64,000 nt of DNA from contig CAWCXJ010000012.1 of the NCBI GenBank assembly GCA_963799485.1, positions 96,001-160,000 of the forward strand, in the 5' to 3' direction. How positions within the stretch are numbered: position 1 is the stretch's first letter; each line of letters opens with the position of its first letter. Of the stretch, positions 19,932 to 31,400 are shown in pieces. A program made the position numbers and the translations under genes. This DNA comes from an uncultured Trueperaceae bacterium (GTDB taxonomy: Bacteria > Deinococcota > Deinococci > Deinococcales > Trueperaceae). Under the pieces are notes generated by a model that saw nothing but the letters and a program-made list of their open reading frames with translations, did no database searches and was not told where the DNA came from.

Positions 19932-21035
19932 TCAGGTGACTTGGCGGCCTGCAACGTAAACCGCCTGTACCTGCAGGTCGCTGTCTAGAACAACTAAATC
20001 GGCACGTTTGCCCTCACTCAGGCTGCCCCGGTCGGTCAGGCCCATATAGCGTGCGGGAATTTCTGAAAGCATCCGGCTTGTCTGCGCCAACCCCACGCCC
20101 AAAGAAACTGCGTTGCGTAGGGCCTGCCCCAGCGTCAGGGTACTTCCAGCAATCGTCCCGTCGGCGAGCGTCGCCGCGCCGTTTTGAACTTTGACCCGTT
20201 GTCCACCGAGTTCGGTGTCACCGTCGCCTAAACCGCCCGCACGGATACAGTCGGTCATCAGGTGAAGCCTGCCCGGTTTGGCCTGGAGCGCCGCTAGAAA
20301 ACTGCCCGGATGGACGTGATGCAGGTCTAGAATCAACTCGCTGTAGGCTTCTCTATCGGCGAGTGCTGCGCCGACGATACCGGGTTCGCGGCCCGAAAGC
20401 CCGCCCATCGCGTTGTAAAGGTGTGTAATACCGAGCGTCCCACCGGCGTTTCTGACGGTCTCGGCAAACGTCCCGACCGTTTCGTAAGTTGCTACAGTAT
20501 GCCCGACACTGACGCGGACACCCGCCCGTGCAAAACGGCGAGCGGCTTCGGTTGCGCCCGCAATTTCGGGGGCAAGCGTCACGAGGCGGATAACGTCAGG
20601 AGCCAACAACGCGTCTAGGTGTTCGGGGGTAGGGAGAAGCGTCAGCGGCGGTTGTGCGCCGAGCCGGTACGGGCTGATAAACGGCCCCTCGAGATGTACA
20701 CCGGGGAGGTCGGGAAGCGCCCGGTCAGCCTCGCGCTGCACCTCTTTAACACCCTCCAGGGCCCCGATAATCTTCTCCCAGGGGTTTGTGATCGTCGCCG
20801 GATAGAGCGTCGTGGTGCCGTGCTGTACGTGAAAGCGGGCGAGAGTGCGGACGCCCCCCGCGCCGTCCATGGTGTCGCCGCCGCCGCCGCCGTGAACATG
20901 GGTGTCGATAAAACCGGGCAAGATATAGCGTTCTGCGCCGCTGGCGTCCGTGATTTCGGTGATGTGGGTGTCGAACTCGAGCGCTCCCGTTCTCACCCCC
21001 TGCGGCGTGACAAGCTGTCCGCAGAGCCGGGTCAT
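19932..21035 (-). CDS. nagA: N-acetylglucosamine-6-phosphate deacetylase
   Basis: PGFIDTHVHG, HLEGPF, TLAPE, THLYNAM, GTIAGS. Confidence 0.93.
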   Translation of the reverse strand: MTRLCGQLVTPQGVRTGALEFDTHITEITDASGAERYILPGFIDTHVHGGGGGDTMDGAGGVRTLARFHVQHGTTTLYPATITNPWEKIIGALEGVKEVQREADRALPDLPGVHLEGPFISPYRLGAQPPLTLLPTPEHLDALLAPDVIRLVTLAPEIAGATEAARRFARAGVRVSVGHTVATYETVGTFAETVRNAGGTLGITHLYNAMGGLSGREPGIVGAALADREAYSELILDLHHVHPGSFLAALQAKPGRLHLMTDCIRAGGLGDGDTELGGQRVKVQNGAATLADGTIAGSTLTLGQALRNAVSLGVGLAQTSRMLSEIPARYMGLTDRGSLSEGKRADLVVLDSDLQVQAVYVAGRQVT

Positions 21036-21079
21036 GTGAGGCGGGTTTTAGGCGTAGAGAAGGACGACATGCGTCTACT

Positions 21080-22195
21080 TTAACCCGGTGCGTCCGGCGC
21101 AATTTGGCGACCCGGAAACGCGAGGCGAATCCTGTCCGCTTGAAACATAAAGAGCCCATCCCGCCGGGCTGCAAGCAGTAAAACGACTACGCGGTCGTAA
21201 TCGTCGATTCCAGCCCCGACACGCTGGGTGCGGAGGTAACCATCATACAAACGCGTTTGTAACAAGGTGACGAAGTTGGGTGCGAGGTAGCGCCTGTAAG
21301 TACGGCTAAAGGCAGTGAGATCCGTTTTCGCTCTAGGCGACAACCCGTTGAAAAGTGTTTCGTAGCGCTCCGGTGGCAGCGCCCGACCAACCCGTAAAAA
21401 GAGAACCAGCGCCGCGCCGTAACGCACGGACGCGCGCTTTGCGCTGAGGCCCGCGAGGGCGGCGATAAAGTCGGCTTCGGCTTCGCCTGCGTACCCCGCG
21501 ACGTGGGCGGTTTCGTGAAGCGCTGTTGCCAGCGCCACCGGGTAGGGGAGAGCGCGGTCGAGATACGCCTCGAGCGTCCACGGTACGGTAATGCCGGTGG
21601 CTTGTCCGGTGAATATCAAAAATCCGGGCGGGGTGTACTTGATAAAGCGCGGCAGCGTGACGGGGTGAGCCTCGAGCCCTTCGACAAGACCTTTTAACGA
21701 CGTTTTGCCCGCGTTCAGGTCGGCTGTCCAGTTTTGCGAAGCGCCACTATCTTGACGTAGTACCCGACTTAAAGCTTCGGCTAACGTAAACGTCTCAGTG
21801 GCGGTCGGCGCGTCGGTTGAGAGACCCAAGCGGGTCTCGAGCGGTGTTTTGCCGTAGTTCGCACCCCATAAGACGATGAAAAGTGTGTAGAGCGTTGCAG
21901 CGGTAACCAGACCCCGCCAGAGCCAGCGCCAGAAGGCTTGCGGCCCACGCAGACGATTTTTATTCAGGGCAATGCTGAGGACGAGCCAGACCAGCAAAGC
22001 TGCCAGCAAAAGCGGCGTTACCGGGAGCGGCAGGCTGCCGGTGAGCGGGACGAGCACGCCGGCAATCGCGGGGTAGATGACGCCGCCGTAAACTCGCCCC
22101 ACCCACCCCGACGGGGGCGGGAACAAAACCCACCAGACGATGAGCGCGGTACAAAAGAGGAACCAGCAAAAGATAAACCAGCGGGTGCGGCGCAT
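21080..22195 (-). CDS. DUF3810-like membrane protein with HExxH motif
   Basis: N-terminal TM helices, WGANY, HETAHVAGYAGEAEADF. Confidence 0.7.
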   Translation of the reverse strand: MRRTRWFIFCWFLFCTALIVWWVLFPPPSGWVGRVYGGVIYPAIAGVLVPLTGSLPLPVTPLLLAALLVWLVLSIALNKNRLRGPQAFWRWLWRGLVTAATLYTLFIVLWGANYGKTPLETRLGLSTDAPTATETFTLAEALSRVLRQDSGASQNWTADLNAGKTSLKGLVEGLEAHPVTLPRFIKYTPPGFLIFTGQATGITVPWTLEAYLDRALPYPVALATALHETAHVAGYAGEAEADFIAALAGLSAKRASVRYGAALVLFLRVGRALPPERYETLFNGLSPRAKTDLTAFSRTYRRYLAPNFVTLLQTRLYDGYLRTQRVGAGIDDYDRVVVLLLAARRDGLFMFQADRIRLAFPGRQIAPDAPG

Positions 22196-22233
22196 AGGCT
22201 TTAGTCTACCGTCAGATTTTGCTTCGGTTCAGG

Positions 22234-24483
22234 TCAGGTTTTGTTGCGCTGTCGCCGCCGTTCGGCCCATTCCGACGGGTTCGGGTAACGCAAGCTGCGC
22301 CGTTCGGCCCCTGCTTTGGCCTGTGTCTGTTTGGCTTTTGCTTGTTTTACGGGCCGTAAAAATCTTTCTTGCAGCGCGTAATGTTCGCGGTCTTGCACCC
22401 ACCAGTCGTTTCCGGCAGGGCTGAAGCCGGCGGTGCCGAGGTCGCCTTCATGTTGCAGCTGCAAGGCGTGCACGCCGAAAACCTCGAAGGCGAGACGCGC
22501 GGCCCCGCGCACGAGTGCCTGCTCCGCTTTGGGGAGCAGGCAGCTTTTACCATCATGACGTAGCCGCAAATGACCTATTCGTGTGCTTTCGTCGAAAAAG
22601 AGGAGTACGTCAAAACCTGTGTCGCTGCAAATTACAACCGGGACTGTGTCGCCATCTGTAGTCAGGGTGAGGCCCCCCCCCTGTACCCGGTAGCGCGGAG
22701 CCGGAGGTGCTAAACGGGCGTCGTAACGTTCTGAAAGAAGGTCAACGAGTTCGTAAAGACGTTTTTCGAGCCGCAGTTTGTCGCGTCCCGAAAGCCGCAG
22801 CGGGTCGGCGAGCAGCGTTTCGGTGTTCATGGTTTCGTCTTCCAAAGCCTCGAGTTCGGCTTCAGGGTCGGGTGCGGTTTCGTCGATTTCTACCCTGTTT
22901 ACGGGCAGGTCGGGCTCGAGCCGCAGTTTTCCGGCGTAGTATCCGGCCAAGCCGCCACGGTACTCTTTAAGTTCACCGCCGTCAAGCCCTACGACCCGCG
23001 TCGCTACGGCGTCTATGAGCGCGGCGTCGTGTGAAACGAGAATCAGCGTGGCTGAAGTGTCTTGCAGGGCGGCCTCGAGCTTTTCGACCGTCTCGACATC
23101 GAGCCCTTCACTCGGTTCGTCGAGCAGCAGCAGATTCGCCTCGGTCGCCAGGAGCAGCGCAATGCCGGCGCGGGCGCGTTGTCCGCCGGAAAGCGTTTCA
23201 GGCGGTTTATCGAACGCTTCAGAAAGGCCGACGAGCGCCAGCAGCGAGCGGGCACGGGGTTCGGAGACGCTCCGCAGCTGTTCACCAAGCGGCACGCCGT
23301 CTTCCAGACCCCGGCCCTGCTGGTCGCATGCCGCAAGCCTGACGCCTTGACCAAACTGCACCGACGCTTCAGGGTCTTCGGACTCGAGCCCCCCGCTCAA
23401 CAGCTCCAGCAGGCTCGTTTTGCCGCTTCCGTTGGGGCCGACCAAGGCGAGCTTGTCGCCCGCGTAAAGGTTGAGTGAAACGTCTTGTAAAAGCGGTTCG
23501 CCGTTTTGCGTTACGGTTAGATGCTGTGCGTCCAGAACGATACTACCCGGTTTCGTATCCGCTGCGTTTAGCATGAGCGTTACGGTGTTTTTTGCCGCTG
23601 TGACTTTAGGCGCGGCAGGGAGCCGGGCGAGACGACGTTCCAACCCTCGCCGGGTCGAAAGCGTCGGTTGACTCCGCAGACGGGTCTCGAGACTTCGCCG
23701 CTCATGCCCCAAACGCATGTTTTCCCGCAATCCGCGCGCCGCTACGTGCTCGCTCTGTACCCGAAAACGGCTGTACGCGCCCCGGTACCCCGTTACGGTG
23801 CCGTTTTTGAGGTGCAGTGTCCGCGTCGTTACGGCGTCGAGCAGCGCCCGGTCGTGCGAGGCCAGCAGGAGCGCCCCCGGATAGTCTTTAAGCGCGTCTC
23901 CCAGCCACCGCTTGCCGGGCAGGTCGAGGTAGCTGCTCGGTTCATCGAGTAGCAGCAGGTCGGCTCGCCCTGCAAGGGCGCGGGCCAGAGCCAGCCGTGA
24001 ACGCTCACCCCCGGAAAGGGTCAGCACGTCGCGTTCCAGATCACCCCCGGAAAATCCCAACCGGCTCAGCGTCGCCCGCAAAGCGGTTTCGGCTTCGTAG
24101 CCGCCCGCCGCTTCAAAGAGGGCGCTCAGGTCGCCGTAAAACTCCAGACCAAGCTTATCCAAGCGGGTTTCGGCGTCTCGCAGCTCGGCCTCGAGCCGCC
24201 GCACCTCCGCCAAACCCGCTTCAGCCACCGCCCAAACCGTCCCGCGCCAGCGCTCGGTGTGCTGCTCGGCGTAGGCCAGCCGTAAACCCGGCGGTTTGAC
24301 GATGCGCCCTTCAGTCGGCGTCAGGTTTCCGGCGAGCAGCCCCAACAGCGTCGTTTTCCCTGCCCCGTTCGCGCCGACCAGACCGACCTTTTCACCCCGT
24401 TTTAGCGAAAAGCCGACATTTTGCAAAACCGTGTGTTCAAGGCGCGTAAACCCTACGGCCCCCAGCCTGACAACCTCATCCAC
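22234..24483 (-). CDS. ABC-F family ATPase with C-terminal extension
   Basis: Two NBDs (GANGAGKT/LSGGE/DEP and GPNGSGKT/LSGGQ/DEP); no TM segments. Confidence 0.88.
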   Translation of the reverse strand: MDEVVRLGAVGFTRLEHTVLQNVGFSLKRGEKVGLVGANGAGKTTLLGLLAGNLTPTEGRIVKPPGLRLAYAEQHTERWRGTVWAVAEAGLAEVRRLEAELRDAETRLDKLGLEFYGDLSALFEAAGGYEAETALRATLSRLGFSGGDLERDVLTLSGGERSRLALARALAGRADLLLLDEPSSYLDLPGKRWLGDALKDYPGALLLASHDRALLDAVTTRTLHLKNGTVTGYRGAYSRFRVQSEHVAARGLRENMRLGHERRSLETRLRSQPTLSTRRGLERRLARLPAAPKVTAAKNTVTLMLNAADTKPGSIVLDAQHLTVTQNGEPLLQDVSLNLYAGDKLALVGPNGSGKTSLLELLSGGLESEDPEASVQFGQGVRLAACDQQGRGLEDGVPLGEQLRSVSEPRARSLLALVGLSEAFDKPPETLSGGQRARAGIALLLATEANLLLLDEPSEGLDVETVEKLEAALQDTSATLILVSHDAALIDAVATRVVGLDGGELKEYRGGLAGYYAGKLRLEPDLPVNRVEIDETAPDPEAELEALEDETMNTETLLADPLRLSGRDKLRLEKRLYELVDLLSERYDARLAPPAPRYRVQGGGLTLTTDGDTVPVVICSDTGFDVLLFFDESTRIGHLRLRHDGKSCLLPKAEQALVRGAARLAFEVFGVHALQLQHEGDLGTAGFSPAGNDWWVQDREHYALQERFLRPVKQAKAKQTQAKAGAERRSLRYPNPSEWAERRRQRNKT

Positions 24484-24503
24484 TTAACTATGAACGCGCA
24501 GGT

Positions 24504-25010
24504 CTACCAGCCCCACGTTCCGGCCTCACCCTTAAACGGCCCCTTGACTTCGCGGGTAATCCAGCCGCCGTAAAAGTCTCCAGCTTGCGCCTGTACGCGC
24601 TCCCGGTCTACAAAACACGCTTCGACCCGGCCCGGATAAAACGCCAGGTAAGCTTTTATGGCTTCAAAACCCTCCGTCGGATTGGGGTAACTCCAGGCGA
24701 CGTTTTGCGACTCTTGTCCGTTTAGAGCAAGCGTCCAGTACACCGCGCCGCCCTTGAACTCACAAAAGCTCTTCTGCGCGGTCTGCGTCAAAAGCTCCGT
24801 CCGAACGTCCTCCGGCGGGACGTAAAAAACAGGTGGGTGCGACGTTTCCAGAATCCGCAGGGTGCGCCTCGAGTCCGCAATCAGTTCTCCGGCGAAGTAG
24901 ACCTGAACGTGTTTGGGGCTCGCCTCGAGCCTCGGCGGGCGCGGGTAATCCCAGACCGATTCCTCGCCAGTGCCGTGCGGTTCACGTGTTTTCGTCGGTT
25001 TACGCGTCAT
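24504..25010 (-). CDS. DUF427 domain protein
   Basis: ESVWDYPRPP, LETSHPP, CEFKG, AWSYP. Confidence 0.85.
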   Translation of the reverse strand: MTRKPTKTREPHGTGEESVWDYPRPPRLEASPKHVQVYFAGELIADSRRTLRILETSHPPVFYVPPEDVRTELLTQTAQKSFCEFKGGAVYWTLALNGQESQNVAWSYPNPTEGFEAIKAYLAFYPGRVEACFVDRERVQAQAGDFYGGWITREVKGPFKGEAGTWGW

Positions 25011-25469
25011 AAATCAAGTTTACGCGCCCCTCAGGGTGTGAGGCGTGTTTTGCGCTGTCCCCGGCAGCGGTCGGTATCGTCACCGAACAAGCGGTCGGCG
25101 AGCGCCGTAAGCCCGACACCCAAAGCAGCTTCAACCAAAAACGGAATGTAAGAAATCCTACTCGAGCGGTTTGTTTATACCGCTTTTTTCGTTACGAATA
25201 CCGTTCAGAACGTCTTAACCTTTGTTCTCGCGCACGACCGGGCCGCGCGCGGTCGTGGGAGAATTCACGCGGAAAACCTGCGACCTGTAGTCATGATGAG
25301 TTCAGCGTGTGTACCCGGTCGGCTGTCGGCCCAAAGGTACCAGCAGTCAGGGAGAGGACTACATCATGATGAGAGCTTATTGCGCGCAAGGGGCAGGTTT
25401 GACTACACGGTTCGTGGCGGGAAGGGGCTCGAGGCTCCCCCTCAAGACTCCGGCAAGTTGGGGGTTTTA

Positions 25470-28256
25470 GTGAAATCTTTTGGTGCCGCATTTATTTTGC
25501 TATTTTTGAGCCTATTGGGATTTGCCTTTGCCCAAACACCGGTCAACACGGCAATTCAAAACACGGCGACGGCGACCTACACGAACGCCGCCAATCAGTC
25601 GCTGACGGCAACGTCGAATACCGTTACGACGACGGTTTTGCCGATCTACCGCTTTGAGATTACCCCCAACGGAACCGACGCACCTTTTGTTTCAGGTAGC
25701 GGAACCGGGGCCGGTCAGAGCCAGACAGGTGCAGCGGGCGGTACGGTCGTCTTTACCTATCAGCTCGAGAACCAGGGCAACACGGCGAACAACACCATCA
25801 ACCTCTCAGCCCTCGACTCTGCTACCGACGATTTTCAGTTCGGTACCAAAACGATCTATCTGGACAATCCGACCGCCGGGATTCAGGGCCAACTCGACCC
25901 GCAAGACTCCCCGGTAACCTCGGTGACGCTGCCGTACAACAGCACGCCGGTCACGCTTTTCGTCGAAGCGGCCATTCCCGGTACTGCGGTGGACAACCAG
26001 GTCGGCAGGCTCAACCTCTCAGGCGCTTCAGCTACCGGCGGCGAAACCGATGCGAACAACTGGGCCGAACTCGCCGCGTTTACCAACGCAGCCTTGACCT
26101 TGAACAAAACCGCGACCGGCAACGTGATTCCGGGCGGCACCATCAGCTACACGGTTTCAGGTGCGAATACGGGTGGGACGAACCCCTACGCGGTAACAGG
26201 CGTTGCAAATATCTCCAGCGGGGGCGTCACTGCGCCTCGAGACGGCATCCTTGTTTCGGACGTGATTCCTGCGGGCCTCAGCTACGTACCGGGATCGCTT
26301 ACGTTCTCGGGTTCCAATACGGCGTCTACAACCGTTGTCCTCTACTCGACCAACGGCGGGACGACCTGGGTTACGGCGCAACCAGCGAGCGGCGTCAATG
26401 CGGTTGGGGTCTATATCGGCGGTACTGCCGGTCAACGCGTCTCGACAACGGGCGGCGCGCCGCTCTCCTACAGCTTTACCTTTAATGCAACAGCTCCGGC
26501 AGGCGCAACCGCCGGAACGGTCTATAACAACACCGGTACCATCCGCTACGACAGCAACGGCGACAGCGACGGCGCAGACGCCGGTGAAGTGGTAACGACT
26601 ACGCCCGCACCGACGACCGTCGATCCGTCGGGTACCTTTGCCGTCGGGCCGTACACCTTCCCGACCGCCGGAGCCTCCGGCAGCTACACCGTTACGGGCG
26701 AGGGTTACACCGTCTCCCGCACCGACGACGCCCAGACGATTGCCTCGGCGCCTAACGAACGCGAGGTCAGCTTCCGGCACACGCTGGGGAACGCTACGAA
26801 CTTTGGCGACACCTTTACGCTCAGCAGCACTTTACCCACATCACTCGCCAACAACACGCCTCCCGGTTCAGTGAGCTTTTATGCGGTCAACGGCGACGGC
26901 TCGCGGGGTGCACTCATCACCGCGCCGCTGGCAGTAGCCGCCGGTGCTACCGCAGACTTCTATACGGTCGTAACGTTGCCCGCCGACTATACAAGCGCCA
27001 CACCGCTCGACTTTACCGTCACAGCGACCTCCACCCAGACCGGCAACACCGATACGACGATAGACACCATCAGCGAAGTGACCGAGGCCCAGGCCGTCGA
27101 TATCGGCAACTACGCCGGAAACGGCACGCCGAACAACGCTTCGATCGACTTTCCGGCGCAACCCGGCAGCACCGTCAGCATCCCGCTGATCGTCCGTAAC
27201 AACGGTGCTGACCCCGACACCTTCGGTCTCAGCGCCGTCATCGCGCCGCCCGGTTACACCGTGACCATCTACGGGGATGATAATTGTAACGGACGTATCG
27301 ATGGCCCCGACACAGAAGTCAGCAGCAGCAACGAACTCGAGCCCGGTACCTTCGAGTGCTTTATCCTTCAGGTCACCATCCCTACCGGAGCCGCGCCCGC
27401 GACCTACGACGTCACGGTTACGGCGACGAGCCAAAATGACCCGAATATCAGCGATTTCATCACCGATACCGTCACTGTAGGACTGCTCGAGAACTTTACC
27501 TTTACGCCTACCCCGCAAGCTCAGGCGACCAGCTCGACCGTACCTGTCGTCTACACCCACACGATCACCAATAACTCGAACGAGGTCGCCTCGGTAGACC
27601 TGACCTTTACCGAAGAAGATGCGACGGCTTGGACTTACGAGTACTCACTTACGGGTGCTGACGGCTCCTACACGACTACCTTGCCGACGGGTATCTCGGT
27701 CGCAGCCAACGGCGGCACGCAAGCCATCTACGTCCGGGTAACGCCTGACCCGGCTGCAACCGAGGGCACGACCGACGCTTTTACCCTGACCGCGACGCCG
27801 ACCTACGGCGCAACCACGGGCGCGGCAGCCTCCGTGACCGACACGACCACCATCGACCAGGAGTACTTCGGTCAGCTCGACCTGGACAAAACCGTCAGCG
27901 TCAACGGTGGAACTGCAGGTACGGACAACGACGCCGAACCCGGCGACACCCTGACCTACACCGTTACCGCGACCAACCTCGGGGCGGGTGCGCTCAACAA
28001 TGTTCAGCTTACAGACGCCGTCCCTGCAAACACGACTTTCGTCTCCGCTACGGCGACTGCCGGCGGCGGCCTCGCCGGACAAACGGTGCTTTACTCCACG
28101 AACGGTACGACCTGGAGTACGACGCCGCCTAGTACGCTCGCTACCGGCAGCATCTATGTGGGCGTCAGTACAAACGGCGACAACAACGTCAACGCCAACG
28201 ACAGCTTCCCGGCAGACGGCGTGCTGACCCTGACGCTGGTTGTCACCATCGACTAA
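25470..28256 (+). CDS. Secreted multi-Ig/DUF11 protein A (candidate fibre shaft subunit), 928 aa
   Basis: GTG 25470; signal peptide ending AFA-Q; Thr-rich Ig-like repeats; DUF11 motifs L.KT...PG.T..YT...N.G...D..P. Confidence 0.85.
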   Translation: MKSFGAAFILLFLSLLGFAFAQTPVNTAIQNTATATYTNAANQSLTATSNTVTTTVLPIYRFEITPNGTDAPFVSGSGTGAGQSQTGAAGGTVVFTYQLENQGNTANNTINLSALDSATDDFQFGTKTIYLDNPTAGIQGQLDPQDSPVTSVTLPYNSTPVTLFVEAAIPGTAVDNQVGRLNLSGASATGGETDANNWAELAAFTNAALTLNKTATGNVIPGGTISYTVSGANTGGTNPYAVTGVANISSGGVTAPRDGILVSDVIPAGLSYVPGSLTFSGSNTASTTVVLYSTNGGTTWVTAQPASGVNAVGVYIGGTAGQRVSTTGGAPLSYSFTFNATAPAGATAGTVYNNTGTIRYDSNGDSDGADAGEVVTTTPAPTTVDPSGTFAVGPYTFPTAGASGSYTVTGEGYTVSRTDDAQTIASAPNEREVSFRHTLGNATNFGDTFTLSSTLPTSLANNTPPGSVSFYAVNGDGSRGALITAPLAVAAGATADFYTVVTLPADYTSATPLDFTVTATSTQTGNTDTTIDTISEVTEAQAVDIGNYAGNGTPNNASIDFPAQPGSTVSIPLIVRNNGADPDTFGLSAVIAPPGYTVTIYGDDNCNGRIDGPDTEVSSSNELEPGTFECFILQVTIPTGAAPATYDVTVTATSQNDPNISDFITDTVTVGLLENFTFTPTPQAQATSSTVPVVYTHTITNNSNEVASVDLTFTEEDATAWTYEYSLTGADGSYTTTLPTGISVAANGGTQAIYVRVTPDPAATEGTTDAFTLTATPTYGATTGAAASVTDTTTIDQEYFGQLDLDKTVSVNGGTAGTDNDAEPGDTLTYTVTATNLGAGALNNVQLTDAVPANTTFVSATATAGGGLAGQTVLYSTNGTTWSTTPPSTLATGSIYVGVSTNGDNNVNANDSFPADGVLTLTLVVTID

Positions 28257-28267
28257 GACTCTTTTGG

Positions 28268-28304
28268 GCTGCTCCTCCGGTCGCCAGCGGAGGAGCAGCG
28301 TTTT
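28268..28304 (+). terminator. Intra-operon hairpin/terminator after gene A
   Basis: GCTGCTCCTCCG-N8-CGGAGGAGCAGC-GTTTT (perfect 12-bp stem). Confidence 0.75.
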
Positions 28305-28426
28305 ACCCAAACGCCTACAAGCCCGGTTCAAACACGACGCCCAGCCGAACCCACTCGGCTCTACTGCTCGACCTTAAGTCGTCCGCCTGCTTGGTATCAG
28401 TCGCCGGAGACTGGTGAGGATGAAAC

Positions 28427-31400
28427 GTGAAGTTAATACACAGTTTATTTTTTTTGCTGCTCTTGGGGGGAGCTTTCGCTGCGGGGACGCCTGCCGGAAC
28501 GGAGATTAAAAACCGGGCCGAGGCGACCTACATAAACCCGGATGGTAACGTTCAAACGGTCGCTTCAGACGAGGTTGTTACGACCGTTTTACCCGTTTAT
28601 GATTTCGTCATTTTGCCGAACGGGGCCAGCCCCGACGCGCCCGGTCAGACCGTTACGGCAGTAGCCGGAAGCGCGGCGCAGTTTTTTTATACCGTTACAA
28701 ACCAAGGCAATATAACAGACACCATCACCCTGACGCTCGCTCAAGCCGGGGACGACTTTAATCTGAGCAATGTTCGTATTTATCTGGACGAAGACGGCAA
28801 CGGCGTTTTAGACGCGGGTGAACCGCTCGTGACTGAAGTCCAACTCGGTGCGGGCGAATCCGCCCAGCTTATCGTTATCGGAACCGTGCCGGAGGGCACG
28901 GTGTCCGGGGCAACTGCCAATGTCAACCTCGAGGGTGTTTCAGTCGGGGTTCCGGACAATACCGATACCGACAACTGGGCCAGAGCCGTCCTCGGCAATG
29001 ATAACGGCGGTGGTGGGAACGTTGCGGGCGTCAACATCGGCAACAGCGACGGCGACCCGGACACCGCGCCGAACGACGGGGGCCTTACCGAGTCGGCGCA
29101 ACCCGGCAAAGCGGTGAGTTTCCCGCTCGAGCTAACCAATACCGGCAGCGCACCCGACACCTTCGACCTGAGTATCGTCAACCTGCCCGACGGCTGGACG
29201 GCAGCGCTTTTTGCCGATGCGGATTGCGACGGCGAAGCCGACAACGAAGAACCTGTTACAACGGTAGGGCCGCTCGAGCCCGGTGAAAACATCTGCTTCA
29301 TCCTTACGGTGACGCCCGCAGCGGACGCACAACCCGGTTCGGTGCCGGTTACAGCCACCGCCGTAAGCCAAAGCGACCCTTCAAAACGGGACAGCATCAC
29401 CAACCTCGTCATCATCGGCGATAACGGCGGCGGTCAGGCGGGCGCGGAAATCGTCCTCGAGAAGTCCGTTTCGCCGGCGGGTTCGGTCGTGTCCGGCGCG
29501 ACCCTGACCTATACGGTTACGGCGATCAGTACCGGCGACGCGGCGGCGACAGGCGTCAGCGTGAGCGACCCGTTGCCCGCCAATACCGCGTTCGTTTCGG
29601 CTTCGGCGAGTACGACGCTGGACGGCGCAACCCTTTATTCGGCGGACGGCTCGAGCTGGTCTACTGCGCCCCCGAGCAGCCTAGAGCCCGGGGCGAGCCT
29701 TTACGTCGGCGTCGATACGAACGGCGACGCCACCCTCACGGACGCCGACACTTTCGGGCCGAACGAGACCTTGACCCTGACGCTCACCGTGCAGGTTACG
29801 GGCGGCCCGGAGGTGAGCAATCAGGCTGAGGCAACTTACGGCGACGGCTCGGCCTCGTCGGAAACGGTGACGACACCTGTAGACAACGCTGCGCCGGAAC
29901 CCGAACCCGCCCGCTGCGCCGTCTCGGTCACACCCGACGGCACCGAAGAAGTGCCCGGTCAGCTCGTTCAGGCACTGCCCGGCAGCACCGTCTACCTGCC
30001 CTATACGCTGCAAAATACGACACCGCAAAACATCGCTGAACCGGGTGACGCGGACAGCACCTTTATTCTGAGTGCAGACACGCTTACGGGCGAAGTCGCA
30101 GGTCTCCGGATTATTGCCGACAGCAATGCCGACGGTGTACCGGACGAAGGCGAAGAGGTTGTAAGTCGGCTAGACCTCGCTGAAGGGGAGAGCGCGGCGC
30201 TGCTCTTAGAGGTCACGCTGACCCCAACCCCCGGCACTTACCTCGTCAACCTCGCCGCTAGTTGCGAAGGTGCGGACGAAGACGCCGTAGACTCGAGCGA
30301 TACGGTCAACGTCTCACAGATCGATGTTCCGGCCCTAAACCTGGCAGCCCCCCAAAAAACTGCCGTCCCACCCGCAGGCACGGCGCTCTACGCGGGCGCG
30401 GCGGTGTCTTACGTCGTCACCTTTACCGCGCCGGAACTGCCTCTAGAAAACGTCGTCGTGCGCGACGTTTTAGACCCCAAACTGGCGCTGCCGACGACGT
30501 ATACGACCGGCACCGTCACCGACCCGGCGACCGGACTCAGCACCGAAGCGGTCGCTACCTTAGAGAACCGCACACTGCGCTGGACGTTTACCGAAGTTCC
30601 GGCAGGAATGACCGTGACGTTAGCTATCGAGACGCAAGTCGCCGCTGACGCCGCCGTTACCGAAACCGTGGACAACACCGCGTGCATCGCGGCTTTGAGC
30701 TTGAGCGAAGTGTGCAGCGCCCCGGTCACGCACCCGCTCGCGCCGGTTGAGCTGAGCTTAAGCAAAACCGCGCTCTCGCCGAGTGTCACCGTCGGCGACA
30801 CCTTGACCTACGAACTCGTAGCGACGAACCTTTCAGATGTTGTCCCGGTCACAGAAGGGACGCTGACCGACACCTTGCCGGAGGGTCTCGAGTACCTCCC
30901 GGACAGCGCCGTACGGCTGGACTCGGCGGGAACGACCGAACCCTTTGAACCCACCCAAACAGGTCTCCTCGTCTGGAATCTGCCCGACCTCGCGCCCAGC
31001 ACGTCGCTGACGCTGCGTTTCGATGTCCGCGTGACGGCGGCGGCGCTCGGGCAAGAGACGCTTCTTAACCGCGCCGAGTTCGACGCGCTCGGCAGTGACG
31101 GCGGGGTCGTCGCCTCGCAAGAAGATGAAGCGGCGGTCGCGGTCGAAGCGGGGTTTTTCGTACCCGGAGCGTGCTGCTCGGACACCTTTATATCGACAAG
31201 GACGACAGCGGTGATTTCAACCGAGGCGATAAGCCTGTGAAAGACGCGCGGCTGTATCTCTCCAACGGGCTTTCAGTCGTAACAGACGCGTTCGGACGCT
31301 ACACCGTCACCGATTTACCTGCGGGTCTGCTCGCGCTCCGGCTCGACAGCACGACGACGCGGGGGCTCGAGCCAGCCCGCAACGAACGTACCGCTGCCAA

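Noticed and set aside
25293..25469. Upstream start for gene A
   Set aside because: The signal peptide begins at GTG 25470; the upstream residues look non-coding.
31150..31170. Programmed -1 ribosomal frameshift in gene B
   Set aside because: No in-frame X XXY YYZ heptamer, and several similar indels of both signs occur nearby; error or decay is simpler.
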